Below are positions 6,692 through 15,681 of a DNA stretch of 64,000 nt, one piece after another. Made by a program: the position numbers and the translations under genes. Source of the DNA: a virus. The stretch's first letter is position 1; each line of letters opens with the position of its first letter. The stretch covers positions 1 through 64,000 of IMG/VR virus record IMGVR_UViG_3300043773_000401. One strand, 5' to 3'. The notes beneath the pieces were generated by a model. It made no database searches. It was given only the letters and a program-made list of their open reading frames with translations, and was not told the DNA's origin.

Positions 6692-7846
6692 ATGATTAGA
6701 GAAGTAATTTCACAGGGAAGTAAAACTAATGTTGAAGAATTGTTATCCCTACCATTTAAAGCAGGTAAGATTAAGTACTATCAAAGTGGTACAGCAGGTT
6801 ATAGAACAGTATCCTTTTATATGGATGATGATAAACTATGTATATCTGATAGGCATACACAAGTTTATATGGGTACTAAGAGTCTATATACTAAAAGTAA
6901 AGATTCTTTAGGATTTACCTTTGACTTTAAGACTAAGAAAGTAAAGAACTGGTTTGGTAAGTATTTAATGATAGATAACAATATGGTTAAAACTATTAGT
7001 AAGCATTACCGGGATATTGAGTGGGCATGTGATAATATGTCCTTATCCTTAATATCTTTTAAGCCAGCATTGTTTGCTAAAGTTCTTACCGGGAAGATTA
7101 CAAATCCCAGAGATCTTATAAAGCACTATCTTAAGTATCATGTTAAAGTTAATGTATCTCCAGAGTTACTATATCAGGCATATGCACAAAAGAATTTACA
7201 GTATAATGAAGTGATTGATATACTTCATAAACTTAAGTATCTTAAGAATCTTGACCATGCTCTTATAGATTACAGAAACTCTAACCTCAGAGATTTTGTT
7301 ACTGCCATCTTTGGTGCTGAAAAGTCTTCTATAAGTTATGATGCTCTTCATCTTGCTAAAATGCTTGACTATAAGGTAGATCATACTTGGTCTCAAAATA
7401 GATTAAAGGAAGAGCATGATAAATGGACTAAGGAAGTAATGCAGATAGAACTTGAGTCTTTAAAAGATGAAGTACTTGATTACCCGAAAGAAGTTTTATT
7501 ACAGGATGCTAACTTTAAGTTTAGTATAGTTAATAGTAAGAAAGACTTATTTCAGATAGGTAAGCATGAACATCATTGTATCTATACTAACTATTGGAAT
7601 AGAATCAAGGACAAAGAATATTTCTGTCTTCATGGTTATTATAATGATAAGAACTATACCATAGGCATACAAAAGGCATGGAATAGTGATGATTATGTAA
7701 TAGACCAGATTCAAAGCAAATATAATGGTGGTGCTCCTGATGAGTTGAAAGAATTTATGTATGAGACTATGAAACATCATGTCATGCAGGATTATTTCAA
7801 AAAGATTGCTAAGAAGCAACCTATTATGGTACCAAAGTTATGGTAA
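6692..7846 (+). CDS. PcfJ-like domain protein
   Basis: C-terminal LKEEHD...DLFQIG..EHHCIYT.Y...TI.I...IDQIQSKYN pattern typical of PcfJ. Confidence 0.7.
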   Translation: MIREVISQGSKTNVEELLSLPFKAGKIKYYQSGTAGYRTVSFYMDDDKLCISDRHTQVYMGTKSLYTKSKDSLGFTFDFKTKKVKNWFGKYLMIDNNMVKTISKHYRDIEWACDNMSLSLISFKPALFAKVLTGKITNPRDLIKHYLKYHVKVNVSPELLYQAYAQKNLQYNEVIDILHKLKYLKNLDHALIDYRNSNLRDFVTAIFGAEKSSISYDALHLAKMLDYKVDHTWSQNRLKEEHDKWTKEVMQIELESLKDEVLDYPKEVLLQDANFKFSIVNSKKDLFQIGKHEHHCIYTNYWNRIKDKEYFCLHGYYNDKNYTIGIQKAWNSDDYVIDQIQSKYNGGAPDELKEFMYETMKHHVMQDYFKKIAKKQPIMVPKLW

Positions 7847-7860
7847 CAGTTTAAAACAAC

Positions 7861-7885
7861 AGGTGGGTGAAAGTCCCACCTTTTT
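7861..7885 (+). terminator. Intrinsic terminator
   Basis: AGGTGGG-tgaaagt-CCCACCT-TTTT. Confidence 0.7.
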
Positions 7886-7915
7886 CATATTTATTAATCA
7901 TTAAACCTTAAAATT

Positions 7916-8191
7916 ATGGCAAGGCCAAAGAAAAAAAGTGTTGGTAGACCACGTAAAACTGCTAAGAAGATTGAACCTACAATTGATGTTAATGTTATTA
8001 ATGAACAGATACAGACAATTACAGGTCAGACATCATTGAACCACATGGTTATAACATTAGATGATCTACATGGTAAAATGCAATTCCATCTCAAGATGGT
8101 AAAAGAGCATGCCGGTGAGATCACAGATGCTGATATAACCTATTGTCAGAATCTCATTACAAGAATACTCATAAACAAATTTAACCTATGA
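7916..8191 (+). CDS. Basic protein with AT-hook-like motif
   Basis: MARPKKKSVGRPRK. Confidence 0.6.
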   Translation: MARPKKKSVGRPRKTAKKIEPTIDVNVINEQIQTITGQTSLNHMVITLDDLHGKMQFHLKMVKEHAGEITDADITYCQNLITRILINKFNL

Positions 8192-8574
8192 GAAAGTATT
8201 GGTTAATGGTTGTTACCTTAGTGCTTGGGTGGACATTGTCTGCCCAGGCCCAAAAGGTCTTAGAGTATACGTTTACTAGAAACTATCAGATTATGGAAGA
8301 TAATAGTTTACGGGATATGAGAACTGAAAAGAATACATACTATAGAATTGCTATATCTGATGACTATAATCATTTATCTTTCTATTGTCCTTCAGAAGAT
8401 ATTTACTTTTATAGCCCGGTGTTTAAATCTTACAAGTCTGATGATGGTGAGTCTCTATACCTTCATGTTAAGCCTGAAGATAAAACTTACATGTTTGTAA
8501 TTAATAGGACTGGAGTAACTAATATGTTCTTTGAATATAAGGGTATGATATTATGTAAAAGTTTTATAGAATGA
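8188..8574 (+). CDS. Secreted protein (Sec signal peptide)
   Basis: MRKYWLMVVTLVLGWTLSAQA|Q. Confidence 0.65.
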   Translation: MRKYWLMVVTLVLGWTLSAQAQKVLEYTFTRNYQIMEDNSLRDMRTEKNTYYRIAISDDYNHLSFYCPSEDIYFYSPVFKSYKSDDGESLYLHVKPEDKTYMFVINRTGVTNMFFEYKGMILCKSFIE

Positions 8575-9029
8575 AAAGTATAAGAGTGGATATAGATTTA
8601 AGTGTTATAGAGCAGCAACTTGCTGAGATTATTAAGAATGGTGATCCTGTTAGTGGAAGTAAACTGGCTAATCTTATTATATCTGGTTTTCATGGAGTTC
8701 CTAATGGTTATGTTACTTTGTTTCAAGCCATGAATGGATTTTATCCTAAACCATTATATAAGGTAGGTCAGGATATATATGTACATAAAGATGGATTATC
8801 TTCTTGGAAGTTCAATATTAAAGAGATGGAAGATCAAGGGATGTTTATCAAAGGTGATTACATTAAAGGTTCGGTGACAGCATTTCAACCTATGCAGTAT
8901 AATCAATATTCTGTTAAGTTAGAAGCAATTAATTCATCAGGTGATAAGAGAGTTTATGAAACAGATGTAAATGCTGAACAAATAAGTAGTGTATTAAATG
9001 ATGATGTTACACCTTTACCAGAACTTTAA
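8571..9029 (+). CDS. Hypothetical protein
   Basis: 152 aa, ATGA overlap. Confidence 0.7.
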   Translation: MKSIRVDIDLSVIEQQLAEIIKNGDPVSGSKLANLIISGFHGVPNGYVTLFQAMNGFYPKPLYKVGQDIYVHKDGLSSWKFNIKEMEDQGMFIKGDYIKGSVTAFQPMQYNQYSVKLEAINSSGDKRVYETDVNAEQISSVLNDDVTPLPEL

Positions 9030-9030
9030 T

Positions 9031-9117
9031 ATGAAAGATTCAGTTAAGAATGCTGCCTATTTTATTGCTGCATGGTTGATACTAGTGGGTATAGGACTAT
9101 TGGCTTTAGCCATATAG
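9031..9117 (+). CDS. 28-aa single-TM peptide (not in ORF track)
   Basis: MKDSVKNAAYFIAAWLILVGIGLLALAI*, starts 1 nt after the previous stop. Confidence 0.5.
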   Translation: MKDSVKNAAYFIAAWLILVGIGLLALAI

Positions 9118-9162
9118 TGCCATAAAAGTAAAAACAACATGCTCATAATATTTGGTTATTTC

Positions 9163-9170
9163 TATCTTTG
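9163..9170 (+). promoter_or_regulatory. Bacteroidota -7 box TATCTTTG
   Basis: TAnnTTTG 18 nt upstream of ATG 9189. Confidence 0.5.
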
Positions 9171-9188
9171 TATATATGTGTATATTTA

Positions 9189-9479
9189 ATGCTGTATCAA
9201 TTACCCAACGGAAGAACTGTCTATCTAACGGTTGAAGAATTCTTAGATCTGACAAAAGAAGAAGAACAATACTTAATCAGTATAGGTTATGGTGAAGTTA
9301 TCACTGATCCATGGTATGCTTCCCATTTATCCAAAGGTGAAATAAAGAATACAGACAATGATGATGATCTTGATATCACATACACAGAAGAAGATTTATC
9401 CAACTGTATAGATACTTCAGATGATTTCCTTGATGATCTACCAGATCTGAGTGATCTACTGGAGAACGCCCCAGAATAG
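9189..9479 (+). CDS. Highly acidic protein
   Basis: MLYQLPNGRTVYLTVEEFL followed by an Asp-rich C-terminal half. Confidence 0.7.
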   Translation: MLYQLPNGRTVYLTVEEFLDLTKEEEQYLISIGYGEVITDPWYASHLSKGEIKNTDNDDDLDITYTEEDLSNCIDTSDDFLDDLPDLSDLLENAPE

Positions 9480-9578
9480 TAATTTTAGTTTATTAATTTA
9501 TTCTCTTTGATGAAAGAACCACATCACTGAGATGTTTATCTATTGGTTCATATTGTATAATTGTTTAATTTTTATGTT

Positions 9579-10031
9579 ATGTCAAAAAGTGTAGTAGTTT
9601 TAGGAGAAGTAGGTAAGTCGCCTATTAATGTATCAGAGTCTAACTCAGAATTTGGGTATATCTTGGTACAACAGAAGAGAACATGGGTAGATAATACTGG
9701 ATGGGTAAGATCCAGAAATGTTACAGCACAAATACCGGGTGCAGTATCTGATTTAGAAGCTTTAGGTTATGAAAGTGGTATGGAAATTTCAGGAACTATT
9801 GTAGTTGTGGATTCCTTGACACCATTTAATACCCGTGAGCCACAGCGTGATCATAAACTTGCTGGTAAAACAGGTATTGTATGCTGTTTAGATGGTCAAC
9901 CTATTTATAGGAAGAATATCTATAAGCAAGACCCAAATGCTTTAGATCAGAAGATTCAGCACAATAACAATGAAGATATCCGTGCTGGTATTGTGAAGGC
10001 TAAGGCAGAAGATGAGAGTTTTTCTTTGTAG
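9579..10031 (+). CDS. Hypothetical protein, possible ssDNA-binding (beta-rich, acidic-aromatic tail)
   Basis: Ends EDESFSL; start moved to MSKSVV. Confidence 0.6.
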   Translation: MSKSVVVLGEVGKSPINVSESNSEFGYILVQQKRTWVDNTGWVRSRNVTAQIPGAVSDLEALGYESGMEISGTIVVVDSLTPFNTREPQRDHKLAGKTGIVCCLDGQPIYRKNIYKQDPNALDQKIQHNNNEDIRAGIVKAKAEDESFSL

Positions 10032-10054
10032 TTTTTCATGGTTTAAAGATGATG

Positions 10055-10080
10055 AAGGGAGTGTAACAGCTCCCTTTATT
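10055..10080 (+). terminator. Intrinsic terminator
   Basis: AAGGGAG-tgtaacag-CTCCCTT. Confidence 0.6.
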
Positions 10081-10105
10081 ATTTTAATTTATTAAATTTA
10101 TTTTT

Positions 10106-10510
10106 ATGTATAAAATTAAAACTGTAGATCCTGTTATATCTGATAACTATGTTTTCAGTAAAACACAGAATGAAATGTACAAGAAAGTCCTATGTGGACT
10201 TAACGGTATAGATGAGGGCACACTGAAAAGTATGACTCAAGAAGATAAAAGAGCCATTAAGAAAAGGCACAGTAAAGCACAGTATGTGCTGAATGTATGG
10301 AAGCAAGAGTTATCTGCCGAGATTGTTAATAATCTGGTGAAAACTTTGTTTCCAAAGAGCAGATTTTTTGCTGATTGTTTTGGTACTTACACAGATCCTT
10401 CTTACTTTAACACTTTGCAATTTAAGGACTTAGGTATATCCAAGGTTCAGATTGTGAATAAGTTAATTAAAGAAGGTTTATTACCAGAATACTTTTATCA
10501 GATAAAATGA
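10106..10510 (+). CDS. Hypothetical protein
   Basis: 134 aa ORF. Confidence 0.7.
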   Translation: MYKIKTVDPVISDNYVFSKTQNEMYKKVLCGLNGIDEGTLKSMTQEDKRAIKKRHSKAQYVLNVWKQELSAEIVNNLVKTLFPKSRFFADCFGTYTDPSYFNTLQFKDLGISKVQIVNKLIKEGLLPEYFYQIK

Positions 10511-10932
10511 AGCTGAAAGAATGTTATAGTTGCCATAAAGAGACAGTGATTTGGAAGAATCACAATGGGAAGAAGTATTGCAAAGCTTGCTGGGGTTGCC
10601 ATCCTGAGAGTAAGGTTACACAAAAACCAAAGAAGCAGTACACTATTCCCAAGGTCTCTGGCAAAAAAGCAAAACTAGATAGACTCTATACCACTATGCG
10701 TAAGAAGTTCTTAGATTTGTATCCTATATGTCAGGCTAATCTAGATTGTTGCAGTACTAAAGCTACTGATATACATCATAAAGCTGGTAGAGGTAAGTTC
10801 TATTTAGATACCACTACCTGGATTGCAGTATGTAGAGAATGCCATACATGGATAGAATTAAATAGTGAAAAAGCAAAAGAATTAGGATTAAGTATAAGTA
10901 GATTAACAAAAGAATCAAATGAAGAAAACTAA
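10507..10932 (+). CDS. Zn-ribbon plus HNH-like nuclease protein
   Basis: CYSC, CKAC, then C..C..DIHHKAGR...VCRECH. Confidence 0.7.
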   Translation: MKLKECYSCHKETVIWKNHNGKKYCKACWGCHPESKVTQKPKKQYTIPKVSGKKAKLDRLYTTMRKKFLDLYPICQANLDCCSTKATDIHHKAGRGKFYLDTTTWIAVCRECHTWIELNSEKAKELGLSISRLTKESNEEN

Positions 10933-12019
10933 AGATGAAATACAGCAAGATGCTCTTGAGTATATTAAGAAGAAAACCAGGATAGGTATTGCTGTAAGTA
11001 TGGGTGTTGGTAAAACTCTTATAGGTTTAAAGCATTTTGATTATCTTACTGAAGGTATATTCCTGGATCATGTAAAATTACTGGTTGTAGCACCTAAGAG
11101 ATCTATATTTAAGAGTTGGAAAGATGATGCTAAAACTTTTAACTTAGAACACATTCTTAACCGGATAGAGTTTACTACATATCTTAGTCTACCAAAGTTA
11201 GACCTTAGTAATTACTATGCTATATGTCTTGATGAGTGTCATAGTCTTAAAGATACTCACGATGATGGTCTACGTAACTATAAAGGTTTTATCCTTGGTA
11301 TGACGGGAACCCCACCTAAGTCAGGTAGTTCAGAGAAAGGTATGATGGTTGCAAAGTATTGTCCTATAGACTATTATTATATTACTGATAATGCTATAGA
11401 AGATAAGATATTAAACAACTATCAGATATATGTACATTCTATACCTTTAAGTGGTGCAAGAAACATAGAAGTTAAAACCAAGAATGGTGGTAAGTTCTAT
11501 AGGTCTGAAAAAGAAACTTATAAGTACTGGACAGATAGAATAGAAAACTCTAGTAGTAAAAAGGATCTACAGATCTGCCGGGTTATGAGAATGAAAGCCA
11601 TGATGGAGTTTAAGTCTAAGGAACAAGTAGCTACTAATATCTTATCTAACTCAGAAAACAAGTGTATACTATTTGCTAATACACAAGACCAGGCAGATAG
11701 ATTATGTGAGTTTAGTTATCATAGTGGTAATTCAAGTTCAGAAAATAACTTAGAAGACTTTAAACAAGGAACTATTAAACAACTATCTTGTGTGTTACAG
11801 CTTAATGAAGGTGTTAATATACCTAATCTTAAGGAAGGTATTATAATGCATAGTTATGGTAATGAACGTAAACTTGCTCAAAGGATTGGTAGATTGTTAA
11901 GATTGAATCCTGAAGATACAGCAATAGTTCATATATTGTGCTTTAAAAATACGGTAGATACATTGTGGGTTACTAATGCTTTAGAAGATTTTGATGACAA
12001 TAAAATAATATGGTTATGA
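10919..12019 (+). CDS. Superfamily 2 (DExH) helicase
   Basis: MGVGKT, LDECH, TGT, LNEGVN, QRIGRLLR. Confidence 0.9.
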   Translation: MKKTKDEIQQDALEYIKKKTRIGIAVSMGVGKTLIGLKHFDYLTEGIFLDHVKLLVVAPKRSIFKSWKDDAKTFNLEHILNRIEFTTYLSLPKLDLSNYYAICLDECHSLKDTHDDGLRNYKGFILGMTGTPPKSGSSEKGMMVAKYCPIDYYYITDNAIEDKILNNYQIYVHSIPLSGARNIEVKTKNGGKFYRSEKETYKYWTDRIENSSSKKDLQICRVMRMKAMMEFKSKEQVATNILSNSENKCILFANTQDQADRLCEFSYHSGNSSSENNLEDFKQGTIKQLSCVLQLNEGVNIPNLKEGIIMHSYGNERKLAQRIGRLLRLNPEDTAIVHILCFKNTVDTLWVTNALEDFDDNKIIWL

Positions 12020-12249
12020 ATGCAAGAAGTATATCAAGAGACATTATAGATCATTTTGAAGGTGCATGTCGTGTATGTGACATAAAAGATATAGAGAATG
12101 AAGTATTTAACACTCTAGGAGATGATACTTCTATATCTGACTATAACTTAGTTATGGAATATGTACTAGATGGTCTAGACTTATGTGATAATTGTAAAGA
12201 AGAAGATATCTATGACAACTATGAAGATGAGTACCAAGACAGAGATTGA
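12010..12249 (+). CDS. Small acidic protein with two CxxC motifs
   Basis: CRVC, CDNC; coupled to neighbours. Confidence 0.55.
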   Translation: MVMNARSISRDIIDHFEGACRVCDIKDIENEVFNTLGDDTSISDYNLVMEYVLDGLDLCDNCKEEDIYDNYEDEYQDRD

Positions 12250-12496
12250 GTCAGCAATAGATGAATTGCTTGAACCTGCTAAATGTATAGTGTTATACAA
12301 TGATGATGTAAATACATTCTTTCATGTAATGATGTGTTTAATAGTATATTGTGAGCATGAACAAGAACAAGCAGAACAAGCTACTTTAATAGTACATAAT
12401 AATGGTAAGTGTGCAGTTAAAACTGGCTCCTTTGATGAACTAAAACCTAGATGTGAAGCCCTATTAGAAAATGGATTAACAGCAAAAATAGAATGA
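12227..12496 (+). CDS. clpS: ClpS-like N-degron adaptor
   Basis: IVLYNDDVNTF..V...L..YC.H..EQAEQ...VHNNGKC.VK.G. Confidence 0.85.
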   Translation: MSTKTEIESAIDELLEPAKCIVLYNDDVNTFFHVMMCLIVYCEHEQEQAEQATLIVHNNGKCAVKTGSFDELKPRCEALLENGLTAKIE

Positions 12497-12924
12497 AAAT
12501 AGTAGAGATTTACACAGATGGTAGTTGCACTCCCAATCCAGGTCCAGGTACCTGTGCTTATGCAATAATAGAGAAAGATACTGTAGTTAGACAAGAGATC
12601 TTTTCTTCTGAAGATGCAACAAATAATATCATGGAGATGACTGCTGTAGTGAAAGCCTTGGAGTATTGTCTTAGACATCATAAAGACTCAAGGATTTATA
12701 TTCATACAGATAGTCAGTATATACAACTGGGGATATCAGAATGGCTTCCTAAATGGAAAGCTAATAACTGGAAGACTTCTGCTAAGAAACCAGTGTCAAA
12801 TAAAGAGTTATGGAATCAGATAGATGATCTTAATTCACAGCTTAAAGTTAGTTTCCAATGGGTTAGAGGTCACTCTGACAACAAGTGGAACAACTATGTA
12901 GATAAATTATGTAAAACCAAATAA
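12493..12924 (+). CDS. rnhA: Ribonuclease HI
   Basis: YTDGSC..NPGPG, TNN.ME, TDSQY, WVRGH, N..VD. Confidence 0.93.
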   Translation: MKIVEIYTDGSCTPNPGPGTCAYAIIEKDTVVRQEIFSSEDATNNIMEMTAVVKALEYCLRHHKDSRIYIHTDSQYIQLGISEWLPKWKANNWKTSAKKPVSNKELWNQIDDLNSQLKVSFQWVRGHSDNKWNNYVDKLCKTK

Positions 12925-12932
12925 AGCAGAGT

Positions 12933-13319
12933 ATGACACAGTCCTTTAAAAGAGTAGAAAAAAGAATGCATAGCATTCAGAAACATTTAATTAATTCACC
13001 TGAGAAGAGTTATTACTTATTATCTCGTAATGTAGGTGGTAATTCTAGATTATACAAGTGGTTGAAAGATAATGGCATCACCAAGAAAGGTCACAATGGA
13101 TTTATTATATGGAGTCCTGCAGTTCCTGTATCTGGTGTGTTAATCAACAAGTATCTAGAGTATAACAGACAAGCAACAGAAGCATCCAAAGCATCTTCTA
13201 ATAAGGTACCTACTAAGAAGGTGACAAGAACTAGAAAGTCAAAGAAGACAACAACTCCCACTAAAGAGTGGTCTAGAGAAGTAAGTTTATTCTGGGGTCT
13301 AATAAAGTTTAAGATATGA
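12933..13319 (+). CDS. Basic hypothetical protein
   Basis: 128 aa, ends VSLFWGLIKFKI. Confidence 0.65.
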   Translation: MTQSFKRVEKRMHSIQKHLINSPEKSYYLLSRNVGGNSRLYKWLKDNGITKKGHNGFIIWSPAVPVSGVLINKYLEYNRQATEASKASSNKVPTKKVTRTRKSKKTTTPTKEWSREVSLFWGLIKFKI

Positions 13320-13780
13320 AACTAGAACTTATTCCTAACTATGTAGATGCTGCATTTGAACAAGAAGTTCTTAAGCTGGTACCTAAGATAGATAAGAAGA
13401 ATTCTAATGGAGTTAATCAGACATTAAGGTGGGGTTCTAATAATGGACCCTACCGAGTGTCTAACATATCTACAGATATACCAGAGATATTCTTACCTTT
13501 TAAGGATAAGTTTGAGTTTAACATGGTAGGTATCAATGAGTATCATCCTGGTCAATTAATAGACTGGCATATAGATCATGTATCAGGTGGAGAACAGATA
13601 AGATTAATTAGTTTACTATCTGAAGCAGATCTAAAGTTTAAAAGGGATAATCATATAGTATCTTATACATTACCTAGATATTCATATTGTATGTTTGAAG
13701 GAGAACTAAGATGGGGATATAAGCATAGTCTTTATGCTCCTGAATATAGAGTGTCTGTAGTATTTAGAAATATAATTTAA
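13316..13780 (+). CDS. AlkB-like 2OG-Fe(II) oxygenase
   Basis: NEY..GQ.I.WHID (HxD), KHS (distal His), RVSVVFR. Confidence 0.8.
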   Translation: MKLELIPNYVDAAFEQEVLKLVPKIDKKNSNGVNQTLRWGSNNGPYRVSNISTDIPEIFLPFKDKFEFNMVGINEYHPGQLIDWHIDHVSGGEQIRLISLLSEADLKFKRDNHIVSYTLPRYSYCMFEGELRWGYKHSLYAPEYRVSVVFRNII

Positions 13781-13781
13781 A

Positions 13782-13900
13782 GGTTAGTCCTGTGGCGGAA
13801 TGGTAGACGCAATAGATGGTTATAGCACTATGGGTAAAAAAGTACACTGAGTGTGGTCACTATAATGACAGCCCTTACAGGTTCAAATCCTTGTCCTGAC
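13782..13900 (+). ncRNA. tRNA-like RNA with expanded branched variable region (possibly a pseudo-tRNA)
   Basis: Leu-type D arm TGGCGGAATGGTAGACGC, T arm ACAGGTTCAAATCCT(T)GT, 66-nt structured middle, imperfect acceptor stem. Confidence 0.65.
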
Positions 13901-13941
13901 GGAGTAAGTAGGTAGAGAGAATAGAAATATTCTCTTTATCT

Positions 13942-13973
13942 TTTGCTTTTTAAATAAAAGGTTCGTATATTTG
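13942..13973 (+). promoter_or_regulatory. Bacteroidota sigmaA promoter of the HNH gene
   Basis: TTTG-N20-TATATTTG, exact consensus. Confidence 0.65.
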
Positions 13974-13993
13974 TGACTACAAAACATAAGTGT

Positions 13994-14401
13994 ATGGAAA
14001 GATTTTTTGACAAGATAAATAAAACAGAAAAGTGCTGGTTATGGACTGCTGGAAGTAGAGGTAAAACTGGTTATGGAGCTTTTAAACTAAATGGTAAAGT
14101 CATAGATGCTCATAGAGTTTCTTATGAATTACATAAAGGAGAAATACCAAAAAATATGTATGTATGTCATACTTGTGATAACAGAAAATGTGTTAATCCT
14201 GAACATTTATTTTTAGGAACAGCTAAAGATAATCATCAAGATGCTGTTGATAAAGGTAGAGTTATATTAGGATGGAATACTGAAAAATTAAAAAAACATC
14301 CTAGTAGAGGTGCTTATTTAAGAGGCTGCAGATGTGAAGAATGTAAAGCTATCAATAATATGATGGTTAAAAGATATAGGGACAGATTAAAGAGTAAATA
14401 A
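13994..14401 (+). CDS. HNH homing endonuclease
   Basis: CWLW...GYG...AHRVSY...[21 protein letters not shown]. Confidence 0.9.
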   Translation: MERFFDKINKTEKCWLWTAGSRGKTGYGAFKLNGKVIDAHRVSYELHKGEIPKNMYVCHTCDNRKCVNPEHLFLGTAKDNHQDAVDKGRVILGWNTEKLKKHPSRGAYLRGCRCEECKAINNMMVKRYRDRLKSK

Positions 14402-14428
14402 TCCTGTCCTGACCACTAAAATAAAGTT

Positions 14429-14629
14429 ATGTATAAAAGATTTAAACTAACAAAGAAGTACTACTTAACATTTCATGTGTTTCCTAAAACAGCTAAGGAA
14501 GTATCTACAGTATATCATACTGGTATAAGAAAGTGGATGACTGATGATAGTTATAACCATTCTATTGTATTAGGGACATTTAGGATAATATTTAGTATTG
14601 AAAATCAATTATTTAATACAAGCATATGA
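14429..14629 (+). CDS. Hypothetical protein
   Basis: Tightly packed small ORF. Confidence 0.55.
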   Translation: MYKRFKLTKKYYLTFHVFPKTAKEVSTVYHTGIRKWMTDDSYNHSIVLGTFRIIFSIENQLFNTSI

Positions 14630-14826
14630 TAAAATTTGATAGATATAAAGATAATCTAAGACAATTAGATGACAGTATATACTCTTATAATACAGAGGTA
14701 GCACATATAGATGATACACATAGGAGAGTTTATGAACTAGGTTACTGGAGTAGAACTACCCGGAAACATGTGAGCTATGTAGCTGATCACTATGGTTATG
14801 AGTTAGTTAAATATCTAGAAGAATAA
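14626..14826 (+). CDS. Small phage hypothetical protein
   Basis: IYSYNTEVA...YWSRTTRKH pattern. Confidence 0.65.
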   Translation: MIKFDRYKDNLRQLDDSIYSYNTEVAHIDDTHRRVYELGYWSRTTRKHVSYVADHYGYELVKYLEE

Positions 14827-14828
14827 CT

Positions 14829-15071
14829 ATGATACCAGCAAAAGAAAAAGCATTAGAATTATTTATTACATATAGATATGCATTATCAATACCTAATGCA
14901 CCATTAGGTGAACATAAGGATCAAATAGCAAAAGTATTTGCATTAATAGTAGTAAATGAGATAATTGAAGAGTTATCAGGAATGTGGTGTCATTATGGTA
15001 ATATAGAATCTCAAATAGAAGAAAGACAGAGTTATTGGTTAGAAGTTAAACAAGAAATAGAAAAGCTATGA
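14829..15071 (+). CDS. Small phage hypothetical protein
   Basis: PAKEKALEL...YWLEVKQEIEKL type. Confidence 0.65.
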   Translation: MIPAKEKALELFITYRYALSIPNAPLGEHKDQIAKVFALIVVNEIIEELSGMWCHYGNIESQIEERQSYWLEVKQEIEKL

Positions 15072-15454
15072 ATAAAGAATTTATATCTTATGAACAAGCC
15101 CTAGCATTAAAAGAACTAGGGTTTGATGAAGAATGTTTAGGATGGTATCCTAATAATGCGGCAGCCTTATCATTAGATGGTGTTTATATTGGTAAACCTT
15201 CTATAGGTAGTTATAAACTACTTGCTTATGCACCACTTAAACAACAAGTATTTAGATGGTTCAGAGATGAACATGACTTATTTGGGAATATAGATTTACA
15301 CGTTTCTACTCCTGCTCATTGGTATGTTAGAATAGATAATATGACAGATAATGATTACTTGTATCATTCTGAAGATGAGGACTTAAAATGGTTTACTTAT
15401 GAAGAAGCAGAATCAGCAGCTATTGATAAACTTATAGAACTAGTTAAAGCATGA
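15068..15454 (+). CDS. Phage hypothetical protein
   Basis: EFISYEQALALKELGFDE.C...APL.QQVFRWFR type. Confidence 0.7.
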   Translation: MNKEFISYEQALALKELGFDEECLGWYPNNAAALSLDGVYIGKPSIGSYKLLAYAPLKQQVFRWFRDEHDLFGNIDLHVSTPAHWYVRIDNMTDNDYLYHSEDEDLKWFTYEEAESAAIDKLIELVKA

Positions 15455-15681
15455 GTAAGCTAAGAATTATCCAGGAAAAAATAAAATTTAAGGATCCTAT
15501 CTATAAGGTACAGGTAAAAAAATGGTATGGATGGAGAACAGAACAAGATATAAATATAACACCTGGTGGTGGTGTATCTTATTATGACATGACCTTTAAG
15601 ACTATTGAAGAAGCTGAACATTATATAATTTATTTTTATTCTAAATCAACAATTAGTGTAGTAAAAACTTTTAACTTATGA
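15451..15681 (+). CDS. Hypothetical protein
   Basis: ATGA-coupled small ORF. Confidence 0.6.
   Translation: MSKLRIIQEKIKFKDPIYKVQVKKWYGWRTEQDINITPGGGVSYYDMTFKTIEEAEHYIIYFYSKSTISVVKTFNL

Larger units (their letters stand above)
13886..14413 (+). mobile_element. HNH endonuclease cassette flanked by a duplicated tRNA-like 3' end
   Basis: AATCCTTGTCCTGAC (13886-13900) and AATCCTGTCCTGAC (14400-14413) bracket a hairpin, a promoter and the HNH ORF. Confidence 0.65.

Noticed and set aside
13786-13900. Ordinary tRNA-Leu or tRNA-Ile
   Set aside because: Middle region about twice the normal length, bulged anticodon stem, mismatched acceptor stem, extra T in the T stem
13901-14399. Group I intron carrying the HNH gene
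   Set aside because: Only ~90 nt of non-coding sequence 5' and none 3'; no room for a P3-P9 core
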